In this document: positions 1-10,568 of the stretch, piece after piece | How positions within the stretch are numbered: the stretch's first letter is position 1 | How the letters are laid out: every line of letters begins with the position of its first letter | Origin: Acidiferrobacterales bacterium | GTDB lineage: Bacteria > Pseudomonadota > Gammaproteobacteria > Arenicellales > JAJDZL01 | Length of the DNA: 64,000 nucleotides | Direction: 5' to 3' | Assembly: GCA_028820695.1 (NCBI GenBank) | Contig: JAPPIB010000050.1 | Span: forward strand, 217,146-281,145 | Made by a program: the position numbers and the translations under genes | Notes under the pieces: model-generated | Databases searched by the model: none | What the model saw: only the letters and a program-made list of their open reading frames with translations | What the model was told of the DNA's origin: nothing

Positions 1-1
1 G

Positions 2-1198
2 CAAGGCAAGAAGAATGCCCCGTGCATCATATTCATTGATGAGATTGACGCTGTTGGTCGCCAGCGCGGCGCTGGTCTCGGCGGCGGTCACGATGAACGT
101 GAACAGACCCTCAACCAGCTGCTGGTTGAGATGGATGGTTTCGAAGGCAGTGAAGGTGTCATTGTGATCGCAGCCACCAACCGGCCTGATGTGCTGGATC
201 CGGCACTGCTAAGGCCTGGCCGGTTTGACAGGCAGGTTCATGTTCCGCTCCCCGATATTCGCGGACGGGAACAGATATTGAATGTGCACATGAAGAAAGT
301 ACGTGTCGGCAAGGATGTGGATTCGAGCATTATCGCCAGGGGAACACCCGGTTTTTCCGGTGCGGATCTTGCAAATCTTGTCAATGAGGCTGCGTTGTTC
401 GCGGCCAGAGCCAGTCTGAAAACTGTCACCATGGAACAGTTTGAGATGGCGAAAGACAAAGTGCTGATGGGAACCGAGCGACGTTCGATTGTCATGCCCG
501 AGGAAGAGCGCTGGAACACAGCCTATCATGAGTCAGGACACACGGTTGTCGCCAAAGTGCTTGAACATACCGACCCGGTGCATAAGGTTACGATCATACC
601 GCGCGGCAGGGCACTTGGTGTGACCATGCAACTGCCGGAAGAAGATCGGTACAGTCACAATCGGGAATACCTGCTGGCCAGAATTGCTGTACTGATGGGT
701 GGCCGGATCGCCGAGGAGATCTTCATGGATCAGATGACTACCGGTGCTTCCAATGATTTTGAGCAGGCAACCGATCTCGCCCAGAAAATGGTATCCCGTT
801 GGGGTATGAGCGATTCACTGGGCACGCGGGTTTATGGTGACAACCAATCTGAGGTTTTTCTTGGCCGAGACGTCACCACACATCAGAATCTCAGCGACGC
901 AGTTGCCGAGCAGGTTGATCAGGAAGTCACCCGCATCATTGATGAGGAGTATTCACGCGCAAGATCGATCATTGAGTCCAACAAGGAGAAGATCGAGATA
1001 ATGGCGAATGCTTTGATGGAGTGGGAAACTCTGGAGTCTGATCAGATCGACGACATTATGGCAGGGAAATCTCCCCAACCACCCACATCTGACGCGGACG
1101 ATTCCTCGTCCTCAACTGACGATAGTACGAACGGCAAACGAACAAAGCCGACCGTCAAGCCTCAAATGGACCGCCCGGCAAGCGGAGAAGCTTCATAA
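2..1198 (+). CDS. ftsH: ATP-dependent zinc metalloprotease FtsH (5' end outside window)
   Basis: Frame open from base 2 ([41 protein letters not shown]); SRH motif [26 protein letters not shown] as AYHESGH. Confidence 0.98.
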   Translation, partial: QGKKNAPCIIFIDEIDAVGRQRGAGLGGGHDEREQTLNQLLVEMDGFEGSEGVIVIAATNRPDVLDPALLRPGRFDRQVHVPLPDIRGREQILNVHMKKVRVGKDVDSSIIARGTPGFSGADLANLVNEAALFAARASLKTVTMEQFEMAKDKVLMGTERRSIVMPEEERWNTAYHESGHTVVAKVLEHTDPVHKVTIIPRGRALGVTMQLPEEDRYSHNREYLLARIAVLMGGRIAEEIFMDQMTTGASNDFEQATDLAQKMVSRWGMSDSLGTRVYGDNQSEVFLGRDVTTHQNLSDAVAEQVDQEVTRIIDEEYSRARSIIESNKEKIEIMANALMEWETLESDQIDDIMAGKSPQPPTSDADDSSSSTDDSTNGKRTKPTVKPQMDRPASGEAS

Positions 1199-1277
1199 CC
1201 GTCAACTCGTTCCAACTCATGACAATTGACGAGCCTCAATTGTTCATATTGCGCTGTGATTCCAGCCCGGGTTCCTG

Positions 1278-2645
1278 ATGAGACTCTTTGGTACTGACGG
1301 GATTCGAGGCAAGTTCGGCAGTGAGCCGATTACACCTCAGACGATATTGAAGTTGGGTTGGGCGCTCGGGTCGGTACTGAACGAACGCAGCGAAGACCGC
1401 TGTGAGGTTATTGTTGGTAAGGATACCCGGGTTTCCGGTTACGTACTCGAATCAGCACTCACAGGCGGCCTCCTGTCAGCGGGCGTCGATATCGCGTTGC
1501 TGGGCCCGGTGTCCACTCCGGCAGTATCCTATTTCAGCCGCGTTTCCCGCGCGAGTGCCGGTGTCGTGATCAGCGCGTCACATAATCCCGTCCAGGACAA
1601 CGGTATAAAGGTATTCCTGTCCAATGGACTGAAAATCTCTGCTTCGATGGAACGAAGAGTTGAAGCAAGGCTGGATGGTCCGATTCAGGTGGTTGATGCG
1701 CATAATCTCGGAAAGGCACGCCGAATTGACAATCCGGTAGAACAATATGTCGGCTATCTGTTCTCGAATGCGCCTAGTCGGCTGGATGGACTGCGGATTG
1801 TTATCGATTGTGCGAATGGGGCAAGTTACAAGATCGGGCCGATGTTGCTGTCGCAACTCGGCGCGGATGTTGTATCAGTTGCTGACACGCCGAGCGGATT
1901 CAATATCAATCTGAATTGCGGTTCCACCAACCCCGAGTATATTCGGAACCTGACACTGGAGCATCACGCCGATATCGGCATTGCACTGGATGGAGACGGT
2001 GATCGGGTTGTTATGGTTGATGCTGCAGGCAACCTGATCAATGGCGATCAGATTCTGTACATCATTGCTGTTTCCAGAAAGCGCAAGGGAATGCTGCGCG
2101 GTGGCGTGGTCGGAACCCATCTCAGTAACATGGGATTGAGAGACACTCTGCAGGCCAGGGAGATTCCGTTTGAGTGCGTTGAGGTTGGCGATCGATTCAT
2201 TTCAGAGCGTCTGAGAGAGTTGAACTGGAATCTGGGCGGTGAGGAATGCGGTCATATCTTGAACGGTGAGGCTGGCATCCCCGGGGACGGGCTGATCGCG
2301 GCGATGGAGGTGCTTGCGGAAGTGATCGAATCCGGAAAGACGTTGAAAGAACTCGCAAAGGAACTGACACTTGTTCCGAAGGTGACCAGAAATGTCCCCT
2401 TGAGGAATCAAAACTCACCGATCAAGGGGATCGATGCCAGTCATTGGCCCAGGACTACAGAGGCGGTCGATGTCGCCAGGAAAGAGCTTGACACCCAGGG
2501 GCGGATTTTACTGCGTGCATCCGGTACCGAACCGGCCATTCGGATTCTGGTCGAAGGCTATGACGCTGATCAAATTGGTCGGATTGCGGATCGACTATCG
2601 AATGTCGTTGACGAAGAGTCCGAGTCTGCGACCGCATTAGCCTGA
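1278..2645 (+). CDS. glmM: Phosphoglucosamine mutase
   Basis: FGTDGIRG start, active-site SASHNP, metal loop DGDGDR, C-terminal RASGTEP; position after ftsH. Confidence 0.95.
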   Translation: MRLFGTDGIRGKFGSEPITPQTILKLGWALGSVLNERSEDRCEVIVGKDTRVSGYVLESALTGGLLSAGVDIALLGPVSTPAVSYFSRVSRASAGVVISASHNPVQDNGIKVFLSNGLKISASMERRVEARLDGPIQVVDAHNLGKARRIDNPVEQYVGYLFSNAPSRLDGLRIVIDCANGASYKIGPMLLSQLGADVVSVADTPSGFNINLNCGSTNPEYIRNLTLEHHADIGIALDGDGDRVVMVDAAGNLINGDQILYIIAVSRKRKGMLRGGVVGTHLSNMGLRDTLQAREIPFECVEVGDRFISERLRELNWNLGGEECGHILNGEAGIPGDGLIAAMEVLAEVIESGKTLKELAKELTLVPKVTRNVPLRNQNSPIKGIDASHWPRTTEAVDVARKELDTQGRILLRASGTEPAIRILVEGYDADQIGRIADRLSNVVDEESESATALA

Positions 2646-3737
2646 TCACATCATCACGACGTTGCGAATTCCGACTCCTTGGCGGGTCGACTCAATTGCA
2701 TCATTGATGTTTTCGAGCGGGAATCTTCCTGTTACCAGTGCATCCAGTTCCAATTCGCCTGACTGGTACAATCCGATCAGCTTGGGGATGTCAGAATCGA
2801 GGTCGGGATTGCCCATCTTGCAACCGAGAATGGATTGGTTTGCGTCGATGAAGTCAACCGTTTCCATCGAGAACTTGGAGCCTTCCGCGGGCATTCCAAC
2901 CAAAATCAGTGTGCCTCCGAGTCGCAGGAAGCGAAAGACTCCGGTCACCGCCTCCGGGTGGCCGGTAGCGACAAAAACATAGTCCGCGCCGCGTCCAGCG
3001 GTGACTTGCCGGATGGAATCTTCGGCATCAGACTTGCTGGAATCAACCGTATGGGTAGCGCCGAAGCGCTTGGCAGTGGCGAGCCGATCCGGGTTGATGT
3101 CAATCGCCGTAACTGTAGCCGCAGACGCAATGCGAGCGGCTTGGATACAGTTGATACCGACACCTCCCGCACCAATGACGACGACATGAGTGCCCGGTTT
3201 GACAGCAGCGGTGTTCATGACTGCACCAAATCCCGTGATGACTCCGCAGGCCAACAGCGACGCGCTCGCATAGTCCATCTCGTCTGGAATTGCGACAACT
3301 TGGGACTGATGAACGACTGCATATTCCGCAAAGCAACCTGTTCTCAGTCCTCTGTGGATGTCAATTCCGTTGCTTGCCTGCAATCGTCTAGGTTCATCGG
3401 TCGCAAATTCGTGTTCGCATAGGGTGTGTTGATTGTGATCGCAAAAAAAACAACCACCGCAATGTCGCACCAAGGAGACGATCACCTTATCGCCCGGCCT
3501 CACCTTTGTGACTCCGGGGCCACAGGCTTCGACGGTTCCCGCTGCCTCGTGGCCGTAGACTGTCGGCAGTCTGCCGCCCCAGGCGCCGTCCATGTACAAG
3601 ATGTCGCTGTGACAGATGGCGCATGCAGTCACCTTGATCTTTATTTCATCTTTTCTGGGATCATCAATCTTGATCTCATCAATCACGAGCGGTTTTCCGA
3701 AGTTGTAGCTGACGGCTGCTTTCATTAAACTTGCCAT
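2646..3737 (-). CDS. Zn-dependent alcohol dehydrogenase (MDR, class III-like)
   Basis: CHSD and GHEAAG catalytic Zn ligands, structural CGGCFFC..C, GAGGVG Rossmann motif. Confidence 0.9.
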   Translation of the reverse strand: MASLMKAAVSYNFGKPLVIDEIKIDDPRKDEIKIKVTACAICHSDILYMDGAWGGRLPTVYGHEAAGTVEACGPGVTKVRPGDKVIVSLVRHCGGCFFCDHNQHTLCEHEFATDEPRRLQASNGIDIHRGLRTGCFAEYAVVHQSQVVAIPDEMDYASASLLACGVITGFGAVMNTAAVKPGTHVVVIGAGGVGINCIQAARIASAATVTAIDINPDRLATAKRFGATHTVDSSKSDAEDSIRQVTAGRGADYVFVATGHPEAVTGVFRFLRLGGTLILVGMPAEGSKFSMETVDFIDANQSILGCKMGNPDLDSDIPKLIGLYQSGELELDALVTGRFPLENINDAIESTRQGVGIRNVVMM

Positions 3738-4115
3738 TATTCACCTCTGTCTGATCAACTGGCGGGATGTCAACCCAGTGCCGATCCAGGAAATTCGCGA
3801 GTGCGGCAAAACAATCGTCCAGTTGTCTTTAGCATCGAACCTGGATCTTGCGCAGATCGCCATAGATTCCTGTAAGAATCAGAATTATCGCGTGAGTCGA
3901 TGACAGCTTGAATCTGCCAACCGAAACTTACGAATTCAATTGGAAGATCCAACCTTGGCCGACTCGATGCTTATCCACTCGCTTAAATCCTGGTTAGCGC
4001 GGCATTATAGATGCATACATGTCAACCAAGGCACTTGCGCTAAGAGAATCGACGAGATGATTCGAGACATCGGAAGTCGTGTGAATGCCCGCATCAGGCT
4101 TTGGTTGCCAACGCA

Positions 4116-5120
4116 CTAAAGATCAAGCACAAGCTCTTGTGTACGTGACCGTGCACAACAAATAAGCACATATTCTTCGTGATCTTCGTCGTCGAGAATC
4201 TGATCTCTATGATCAGGTTCGCCTTGCAGATAACGCGTCAGGCAGGTCCCGCAGTATCCATCCTCACACGATGTGTCAACGTCATGGCCGTTCTCTCTCA
4301 GGACTTCGACAATCGTTTTGTGCGCAGGCACCGAATATAACGTGTTGGTGCTCGAAATCCTGATCTGGAACTCCTTATTCTCATCAAATGAATCTGTATT
4401 GGTTAACACGACTCCGTCGGTTGAGAAAAATTCGTAGTGTACCGTGCCTTCCGGCCAATGACTGCTTGCGTCGGCAATTGCGTTCATCATGCCTACAGGT
4501 CCGCAGTAATAAAGGTGCGTGCCTGGCGAATAATCCTGAAGTGTCGTCTTGAAATCCAGGCCATTTTCCGGATTGCCGCCGTCGAAGTGCCAGTGAAGGC
4601 TGCCGTGTTTGACCAGTCCTGTAATTTCATCCATGAATGCTGTCTGTTCGGGGAATCTTGTGCAGTAGTGGAATATGTAGTCCGCCTTGGACCGCTCCAG
4701 CGAGTAGGCCATGGCTAAAATTGGCGCCACACCGATTCCGCCGGCTATCATCAGATGCGTTTGGGCATCCGGATTCAGCTTGAACCAGCGTTTGGGTTCG
4801 GAGATTTCCAATCTATCCCCGACCCGGACGTTGCTGTGAATATATTGCGAACCGCCGGTCCCCGATTGTTCGAGCAACACTCCGATCAGGTAGGACTGTC
4901 GTTCCCATGCAGGCCCGCAGAGAGAAAACTGACGGACGAGTCCGTTGTCCAGATGCAGGTCGATGTGTGCTCCAGCTGCGAATTCAGGCAGTTCACCACC
5001 CTCCGGGTCAACCAGTACGTAACTGCGAATCTCTTCGGTTTCAGACTTGATCGAGTCGACCTGAACCTTGAACTTCTTCATTGGTGACATACCGGTAGAG
5101 CAGGAGTTGTGAATGGACAA
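4116..5120 (-). CDS. PDR/VanB-family oxidoreductase (FMN/NAD domain plus 2Fe-2S); true start probably near 5081-5090
   Basis: GAHIDL, RQFSLC, IAGGIG, YYCGP and C-terminal SCEDGYCGTC...CC ferredoxin motif. Confidence 0.92.
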   Translation of the reverse strand: MSIHNSCSTGMSPMKKFKVQVDSIKSETEEIRSYVLVDPEGGELPEFAAGAHIDLHLDNGLVRQFSLCGPAWERQSYLIGVLLEQSGTGGSQYIHSNVRVGDRLEISEPKRWFKLNPDAQTHLMIAGGIGVAPILAMAYSLERSKADYIFHYCTRFPEQTAFMDEITGLVKHGSLHWHFDGGNPENGLDFKTTLQDYSPGTHLYYCGPVGMMNAIADASSHWPEGTVHYEFFSTDGVVLTNTDSFDENKEFQIRISSTNTLYSVPAHKTIVEVLRENGHDVDTSCEDGYCGTCLTRYLQGEPDHRDQILDDEDHEEYVLICCARSRTQELVLDL

Positions 5121-5693
5121 AAGAAACAGTCAATACGTTAATCGCAAGCCATCATCAACCCAATCGCGTTCTCTTGCGTATCAATGCTCAAAGCCATCAA
5201 CAAAATGTTGTCCCGGTAAAACAGGCTCACCGGCGAAGTCAAGCAGCATACCTATGGTATGCCTGAGAGTCGGCGCGCAAGGGCTCTGGACCTGGTTGAG
5301 AAACAGACCATAGTTGTTGACGAACCTCGAATTGACCGGTTTCAGGCCGTCTGCGATCTCGCCAATCTTCATATACCGCACGCTTGTCATAGTTCCATCC
5401 TGCAGGTTTGTGGAATCCGGTAGAAAAATCGCCTGTTTGTTCGCCGGCGACAAATCAAGTGTGTTGATCTGAATGCGAAAAACTGAAATTTCGCCAATTA
5501 TACAGCGACAATATAATGCACACGACGGGTGTCCACACACAGACAAATCGCTTAGGAAAGGAGCCGTAAGCCATTAATTGCCGGTGTAGTTTTGCTGGAA
5601 GTGTCAAGGTGATCAGTACGCAATTTGGGGACATTCTTGCGCTCGTGCTTCATAATGGTGACTGCTTCAGGTTGAATCGATCGAGTTCCGAAA

Positions 5694-6893
5694 ATGTCTT
5701 CTGCATCCAATAGCCGCGCCTACTCTGACAATGGAGTCGAACTCGCCCTATCTGGGATTAGGGTGTTGGAGTTCTGTCAGATTGCGGCCGGTCCCTTTTG
5801 TGGAATGTTGCTGAGCGACATGGGAGCTGATGTCGTCAAAGTCGAACCGCCATCCGGTGATGCGATGCGGCAATGGCCTCCCGTGACGGATGGCTTCAGT
5901 GAGAATTTCTCGTCGGTAAACCGAAACAAACGCTCGATCGCGCTGAACCTGAAGTCAGAAGAGCACTTGGAAGTCGCGTTGCAACTCATTGCCAAGGCAG
6001 ATGTCTTGGTGGAGAATAACCGACCCGGTGTGATGGATCGGCTTGGACTTGGATACTCATCGATTGCGCAGCTGAATTCCTCATTGATTTACTGTTCAAT
6101 CTCGGCTTTTGGCCAAACCGGGCCGCGGTCACAGGAAGGTGCATTTGATGTCACCATGCAGGGCATATCCGGCATCATGAGTGTTACCGGCGAAGAGGGC
6201 AGACCACCGGTCAAGTGCGGCGTTCCGCTGAGTGATTTTGCCACCGGGCTCTATGCTGCTTTCCATATCACCTCAGCATTGTTCGAGCGGCGTTCGACGG
6301 GCAAAGGGGTTCATATCGACGCTTCTATGCTGGGTTGCAGTCTGGGCATCGCGCCACTGCAGGTGAGCGAGTATTTTGGAACTGGAAACAACCCCAAACG
6401 ATTGGATTCACGCCATCCTCGAAACGCGCCGTATCAGGCATTCAAAGCCTCCGACGGTTATTTCGTCCTGGCCGCGGGCAATCAGAAACTGTATGAAACA
6501 GTATGCAGTGTCATCGATCGGCCTGACCTGGTCAACGATCCGAGATTCACGACCACAGCAAAACGGGCGGAAAATCAATCCGCCTTGACCGAAGTCCTTG
6601 AGAGTCAGTTCTCGTCCGGCTCCGCCGATTTATGGTACAAACGCTTCAGGGATGCTGGCGTACCGTCTGCTCCGATCAATAGTTATGGCGAGGCTTTGCA
6701 GGACCCTCAGGTATTGGATCAGGGATGGATACAGCCACTGGAACTTCCCAACTCGAGGCCAACCAGGACATTTGCCCATCCGGTGATGATCTCAGACCGC
6801 AATCTGCCTATACGCAGACGCCCACCTTTGCTCAATGAGCACTACGATGAGATCCTTGAGGAAATCGGTTACGTCAACAATGAAGACGCATGA
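5694..6893 (+). CDS. CaiB/BaiF family III CoA-transferase
   Basis: LSGIRVLEF..AGPFC..GADVVKVE, NRNKRS, ADVLVENNRPG, catalytic Asp in PLSDFATG. Confidence 0.93.
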   Translation: MSSASNSRAYSDNGVELALSGIRVLEFCQIAAGPFCGMLLSDMGADVVKVEPPSGDAMRQWPPVTDGFSENFSSVNRNKRSIALNLKSEEHLEVALQLIAKADVLVENNRPGVMDRLGLGYSSIAQLNSSLIYCSISAFGQTGPRSQEGAFDVTMQGISGIMSVTGEEGRPPVKCGVPLSDFATGLYAAFHITSALFERRSTGKGVHIDASMLGCSLGIAPLQVSEYFGTGNNPKRLDSRHPRNAPYQAFKASDGYFVLAAGNQKLYETVCSVIDRPDLVNDPRFTTTAKRAENQSALTEVLESQFSSGSADLWYKRFRDAGVPSAPINSYGEALQDPQVLDQGWIQPLELPNSRPTRTFAHPVMISDRNLPIRRRPPLLNEHYDEILEEIGYVNNEDA

Positions 6894-6982
6894 CCTTCCG
6901 CATTGCGGGACTGCGGAATCTTCGGAATTAATTCCTTGAACATGCCCCTGTCAATTGGCCTGATGGACTTTGGTAATCGAAA

Positions 6983-8053
6983 ATGTCACTGACCGACTCC
7001 GATCTGCATGAATTGGCCGCCAGAATCAAGAGCTGGGGACAGGAACTCGGTTTTCAACAGGTTGGAATTACAGACACTGACCTGTTTCAGGCTGAGAACC
7101 AACTCAATGACTGGCTGAACCGGGGCATGCATGGTGAACTGCATTACATGGCGAAGCATGGATCGAGAAGAACCAGACCGGGAGACCTGATCGATGGAAC
7201 TGTTCGAATCATTTCCGTTCGGCTGGACTACTTCCCGCCGAGATCGAAGGCCATTCGCGAAGTCCTGGATGATTCGGTGATGGCATTTGTCTCTCGCTAC
7301 GCAACAGGACGTGACTACCACAAACTGATGCGTAAACGGCTTGAGAAACTCGCCCGGCAGATCCGTGATGAAGTCGGGCAGTTCAGCTATCGGGCATTTG
7401 CCGACAGTGCGCCGGTCATGGAAAAGCCCATTGCACAGAAAGCAGGACTCGGCTGGATCGGCAAGCACTCGAACCTTCTCAATCGACGCGCCGGGTCGTG
7501 GTTTTTTCTGGGAGAACTCTACACTGATTTACCGTTGCCTGTCGACTTGCCGGAAGCAGACCACTGCGGCTCCTGTACGGCTTGCATTACCGTGTGCCCG
7601 ACAGATGCGATAGTAGAACCGTATGTCGTTGACGCCCGGCGGTGCATTTCCTATCTGACAATAGAATATAAGGGAGCGATTCCACTGGAGCTCAGACATC
7701 AGATAGGCAACAGGATATTTGGATGTGATGATTGTCAGGTGGTGTGTCCATGGAATCGATTTTCCTGCGATTCAGATGAACCTGGATTTGAAGTGAGAAA
7801 TCAATTGGACTCAACAACATTGTGCGCCGTATTCAGTTGGACGGAAGAGGAGTTCCTGCAGAAAACGGAGGGATCCGCCATACGCCGTGTCGGCTACGAG
7901 CATTGGCTCAGAAACATAGCGGTTGCACTCGGCAACGCGCAGTCGACACCTGAAATCATCAAATCACTGCGAAACCGAAAAGACGATGCTTCAGAGTTGG
8001 TACGGGAACACGTGAAATGGGCGCTTGAGAGGCATGCGGCGTGCATCTCGTAG
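6983..8053 (+). CDS. queG: tRNA epoxyqueuosine(34) reductase
   Basis: SRYATGRDYH, DSAPVMEK, CGSCTAC..CPT, RCISYLTIE, GCDDCQ.VCPWN. Confidence 0.96.
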   Translation: MSLTDSDLHELAARIKSWGQELGFQQVGITDTDLFQAENQLNDWLNRGMHGELHYMAKHGSRRTRPGDLIDGTVRIISVRLDYFPPRSKAIREVLDDSVMAFVSRYATGRDYHKLMRKRLEKLARQIRDEVGQFSYRAFADSAPVMEKPIAQKAGLGWIGKHSNLLNRRAGSWFFLGELYTDLPLPVDLPEADHCGSCTACITVCPTDAIVEPYVVDARRCISYLTIEYKGAIPLELRHQIGNRIFGCDDCQVVCPWNRFSCDSDEPGFEVRNQLDSTTLCAVFSWTEEEFLQKTEGSAIRRVGYEHWLRNIAVALGNAQSTPEIIKSLRNRKDDASELVREHVKWALERHAACIS

Positions 8054-8254
8054 TTGCAATGCGTTGTCTGACGATCAACAGTGAGAAAATTTGCGGAATC
8101 GCAACAATAGTAGAATAATAGGGAAATGGACGCTGTTTGAGTGGTTCGGGAGCAAGTCTGCCTGCTAGCGTAGCGGGTGACACACCCTCGAGGGAATCAC
8201 AGTTTGAAATGATTTTGAATGCTCGTTAGAGTCTGAATATATAGGATAGAGGAA

Positions 8255-9430
8255 ATGAAAAAAATATTATTTGCGATTATGGTCAGCAGTTTTCTGGTTG
8301 CGCCCAATGCGTATTCAGCAACGGTAAAGCTGGGATTTGTTACGACGCTCAGTACTCCGGCTGCTGTCATAGGTAATGACATGAGAGACGCTGTCGAACT
8401 GGCTCTGGAGCATATCGACGGCAAGATGGGCCCGGTGGATGTCGAGGTCGTCTATGGCGATGATGAGTTCAATCCCCAGAAAGGGAAGCAAGCGACGGAG
8501 CGGTTGGTCTCCCAAGATAAGGTGGACATTGTATTTGGATATATCTGGTCCCACGTGTTGCTTGCTTCTGCAACCACAGTATTGGATGCAGGAAAGATCC
8601 TGATCAGTGCCAATGCAGGTCCGTCACAGTTGGCTGGCAAGGGGTGTCACGAGAACTTTTTCAACATCTCATGGCAGAATGACCAGACACCTATGGCAAT
8701 GGGTGAGGTATTGAATCAGCGTGGCGTGAATTCCTTGTATGTTATCGCTCCGCTTTATGCCGCGGGAAAGAATATGGTCGCTGGCGTCAAGAGAACTTTC
8801 AAGGGCGAATTTGTCGGCACCGACATGACCAAGTGGCCGGACCAGATTGACTGGTCATCCGAGCTTTCCAAGGTCAAGGCTGCGAATCCGGATGCAGTGT
8901 TTATCTTCTACCCGGGCAAGCATGGACCGGCGTTCATCAAGCAGTATGAACAATCGGGACTTGCCGGGAAGGTTGATCTTTATACTGTGTTTACTATCGA
9001 TTCGATCAGTTTGCCAAGATTTCAGGATGCTGGTATGAACGGGGTTGTCGGGACCACGATGACGCAATTCTGGGCACCTGATCTCGATAATGCCGCCAAC
9101 AAGAAATTTGTCGATGGCTTCAAGGCGAAGTACGGTAAATATCCGAGTTTCTACGCTGCCCAAAGTTATGACGCAATCATGTATATCAAGAGTGCTGTCG
9201 AAGCTGTCGGCGGAGACATGAGCAATGTCGACGGATTGAGAGCCGCGCTGGAAAAGGCAGACTATGACTCAGTCAGAGGAAAGTTTACGATGGGCCCGAA
9301 TCACTTCCCGATTCAGAATTTCTATAGTCGTGAAGTGGTTGCGGATGAAGATGGCGTATGGACGACATCAGTTCGCGAAAAAGTTCTGACCATGCATCAG
9401 GACGTTTACGCAGGCGAGTGCAAAATGTAA
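8255..9430 (+). CDS. Liv-type ABC transporter substrate-binding protein (possibly aromatic-acid binding subgroup)
   Basis: Signal peptide, periplasmic binding protein type 1 pattern (SANAGPSQLAG, YAAQSYDA, NHFPIQNFY), precedes LivH/M/G/F-like genes. Confidence 0.9.
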   Translation: MKKILFAIMVSSFLVAPNAYSATVKLGFVTTLSTPAAVIGNDMRDAVELALEHIDGKMGPVDVEVVYGDDEFNPQKGKQATERLVSQDKVDIVFGYIWSHVLLASATTVLDAGKILISANAGPSQLAGKGCHENFFNISWQNDQTPMAMGEVLNQRGVNSLYVIAPLYAAGKNMVAGVKRTFKGEFVGTDMTKWPDQIDWSSELSKVKAANPDAVFIFYPGKHGPAFIKQYEQSGLAGKVDLYTVFTIDSISLPRFQDAGMNGVVGTTMTQFWAPDLDNAANKKFVDGFKAKYGKYPSFYAAQSYDAIMYIKSAVEAVGGDMSNVDGLRAALEKADYDSVRGKFTMGPNHFPIQNFYSREVVADEDGVWTTSVREKVLTMHQDVYAGECKM

Positions 9431-9513
9431 GTTTTCTCAAGATGTTCCAGTCCGGAATTCTGGTGTTGCTGAATTCATTGGTCCGCGAATATCTGCACGC
9501 AACATGCAACGAT

Positions 9514-9546
9514 AACTGCAAGGCTTGATTATCAAGCCTTGCAGTT
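9514..9546 (+). terminator. Perfect intercistronic stem-loop (terminator/mRNA stabiliser) after the SBP gene
   Basis: aactgcaaggcttgat-t-atcaagccttgcagtt, 16-bp perfect inverted repeat followed by tctt. Confidence 0.6.
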
Positions 9547-9632
9547 TCTTGTAAGGTCTGTAAGAATCTGAAATCACTTGGGAGATCACAGGCCGAAAAC
9601 CATCAATGATCGCAGACAGTCAGGTAATTTAA

Positions 9633-10556
9633 GTGGAGTGGGCACTGCTGATTGAACAAGTCCTGAATGGTGTTCAGTTCGGCGTGTTGCTGTTTCTGCT
9701 CGCCGCAGGTCTGACTCTGACCTTTGGCATCATGGATCTTGTCAATCTTGCACATGGTTCCATGTATATGCTGGGTGCGTTCTTCGGGGCGACCATAATT
9801 TTATGGACCGGTTCTTTCGTGCTCGCACTTGTTCTTGCAGTCCCGATCGTTGCAGGTATCGGAATTCTTACAGAAATATCGACGCTGAGAACCCTGTACC
9901 AGCGTCATCATCTGGATCAGGTGCTGGCAACGTTCGGCCTGATTCTTTTTTTTAACGAACTCGTTCAGATTGTCTGGCCGCTGGATGGACTGACTGCGCC
10001 ATTTCCCGAATATCTGTCCTCGACAGTGCCGCTGCCGTTTGGAATCGAGTATTCGCCTTATCGTCTGATGATCATCGGAGCAGGATTCGCGCTGGCGGTC
10101 GCAATGTGGTTGCTCGTGACTAGAACCCGACTGGGCATGTTGATACGGGCAGGTGCCGCGGACCGGGAAATGGTTTATGCGCTTGGGATCAACATTCGTC
10201 TTTTGTTTACTTTGGTCTTTGGACTTGGAACTGCGCTCAGTGCCCTGGCCGGAGTTCTCATGGCACCGATTCTGGGTGCGAATTCGGGTATGGGCGAGCA
10301 GATCATAATTGTTGCATTTGTGGTCATTGTCATTGGCGGAATCGGCTCAATTCGCGGCAGCTTCATCGCGGCTCTCATAACTGGATTGATCGATTCGTTG
10401 GGACGCTCATTTCTGGATGTCATACTGGCACTGTTCATTCCGATCAATGCGGCCGAAGCTGCCGCACCGGCAATCTCATCGATGCTGATCTACATATTCA
10501 TGGCCGGCATACTGTTCTTCAGACCCACTGGATTGTTCGGCAAGCAACCGAACTGA
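9633..10556 (+). CDS. Liv-type ABC permease (LivH-like)
   Basis: GLTLTFGIMDLVNLAHGS, VIVIGGIGS, LFFRPTGLFG; hydrophobic. Confidence 0.92.
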   Translation: MEWALLIEQVLNGVQFGVLLFLLAAGLTLTFGIMDLVNLAHGSMYMLGAFFGATIILWTGSFVLALVLAVPIVAGIGILTEISTLRTLYQRHHLDQVLATFGLILFFNELVQIVWPLDGLTAPFPEYLSSTVPLPFGIEYSPYRLMIIGAGFALAVAMWLLVTRTRLGMLIRAGAADREMVYALGINIRLLFTLVFGLGTALSALAGVLMAPILGANSGMGEQIIIVAFVVIVIGGIGSIRGSFIAALITGLIDSLGRSFLDVILALFIPINAAEAAAPAISSMLIYIFMAGILFFRPTGLFGKQPN

Positions 10557-10568
10557 TGTCGCAGGGCA

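Noticed and set aside
3971..3979. DnaA-box-like ttatccact
   Set aside because: Single 8/9 match with no cluster or oriC context.
4004..4025. Perfect TTGACA and TATAAT on the minus strand upstream of the ADH gene
   Set aside because: The spacer is only 10 bp, incompatible with a single sigma70 promoter.
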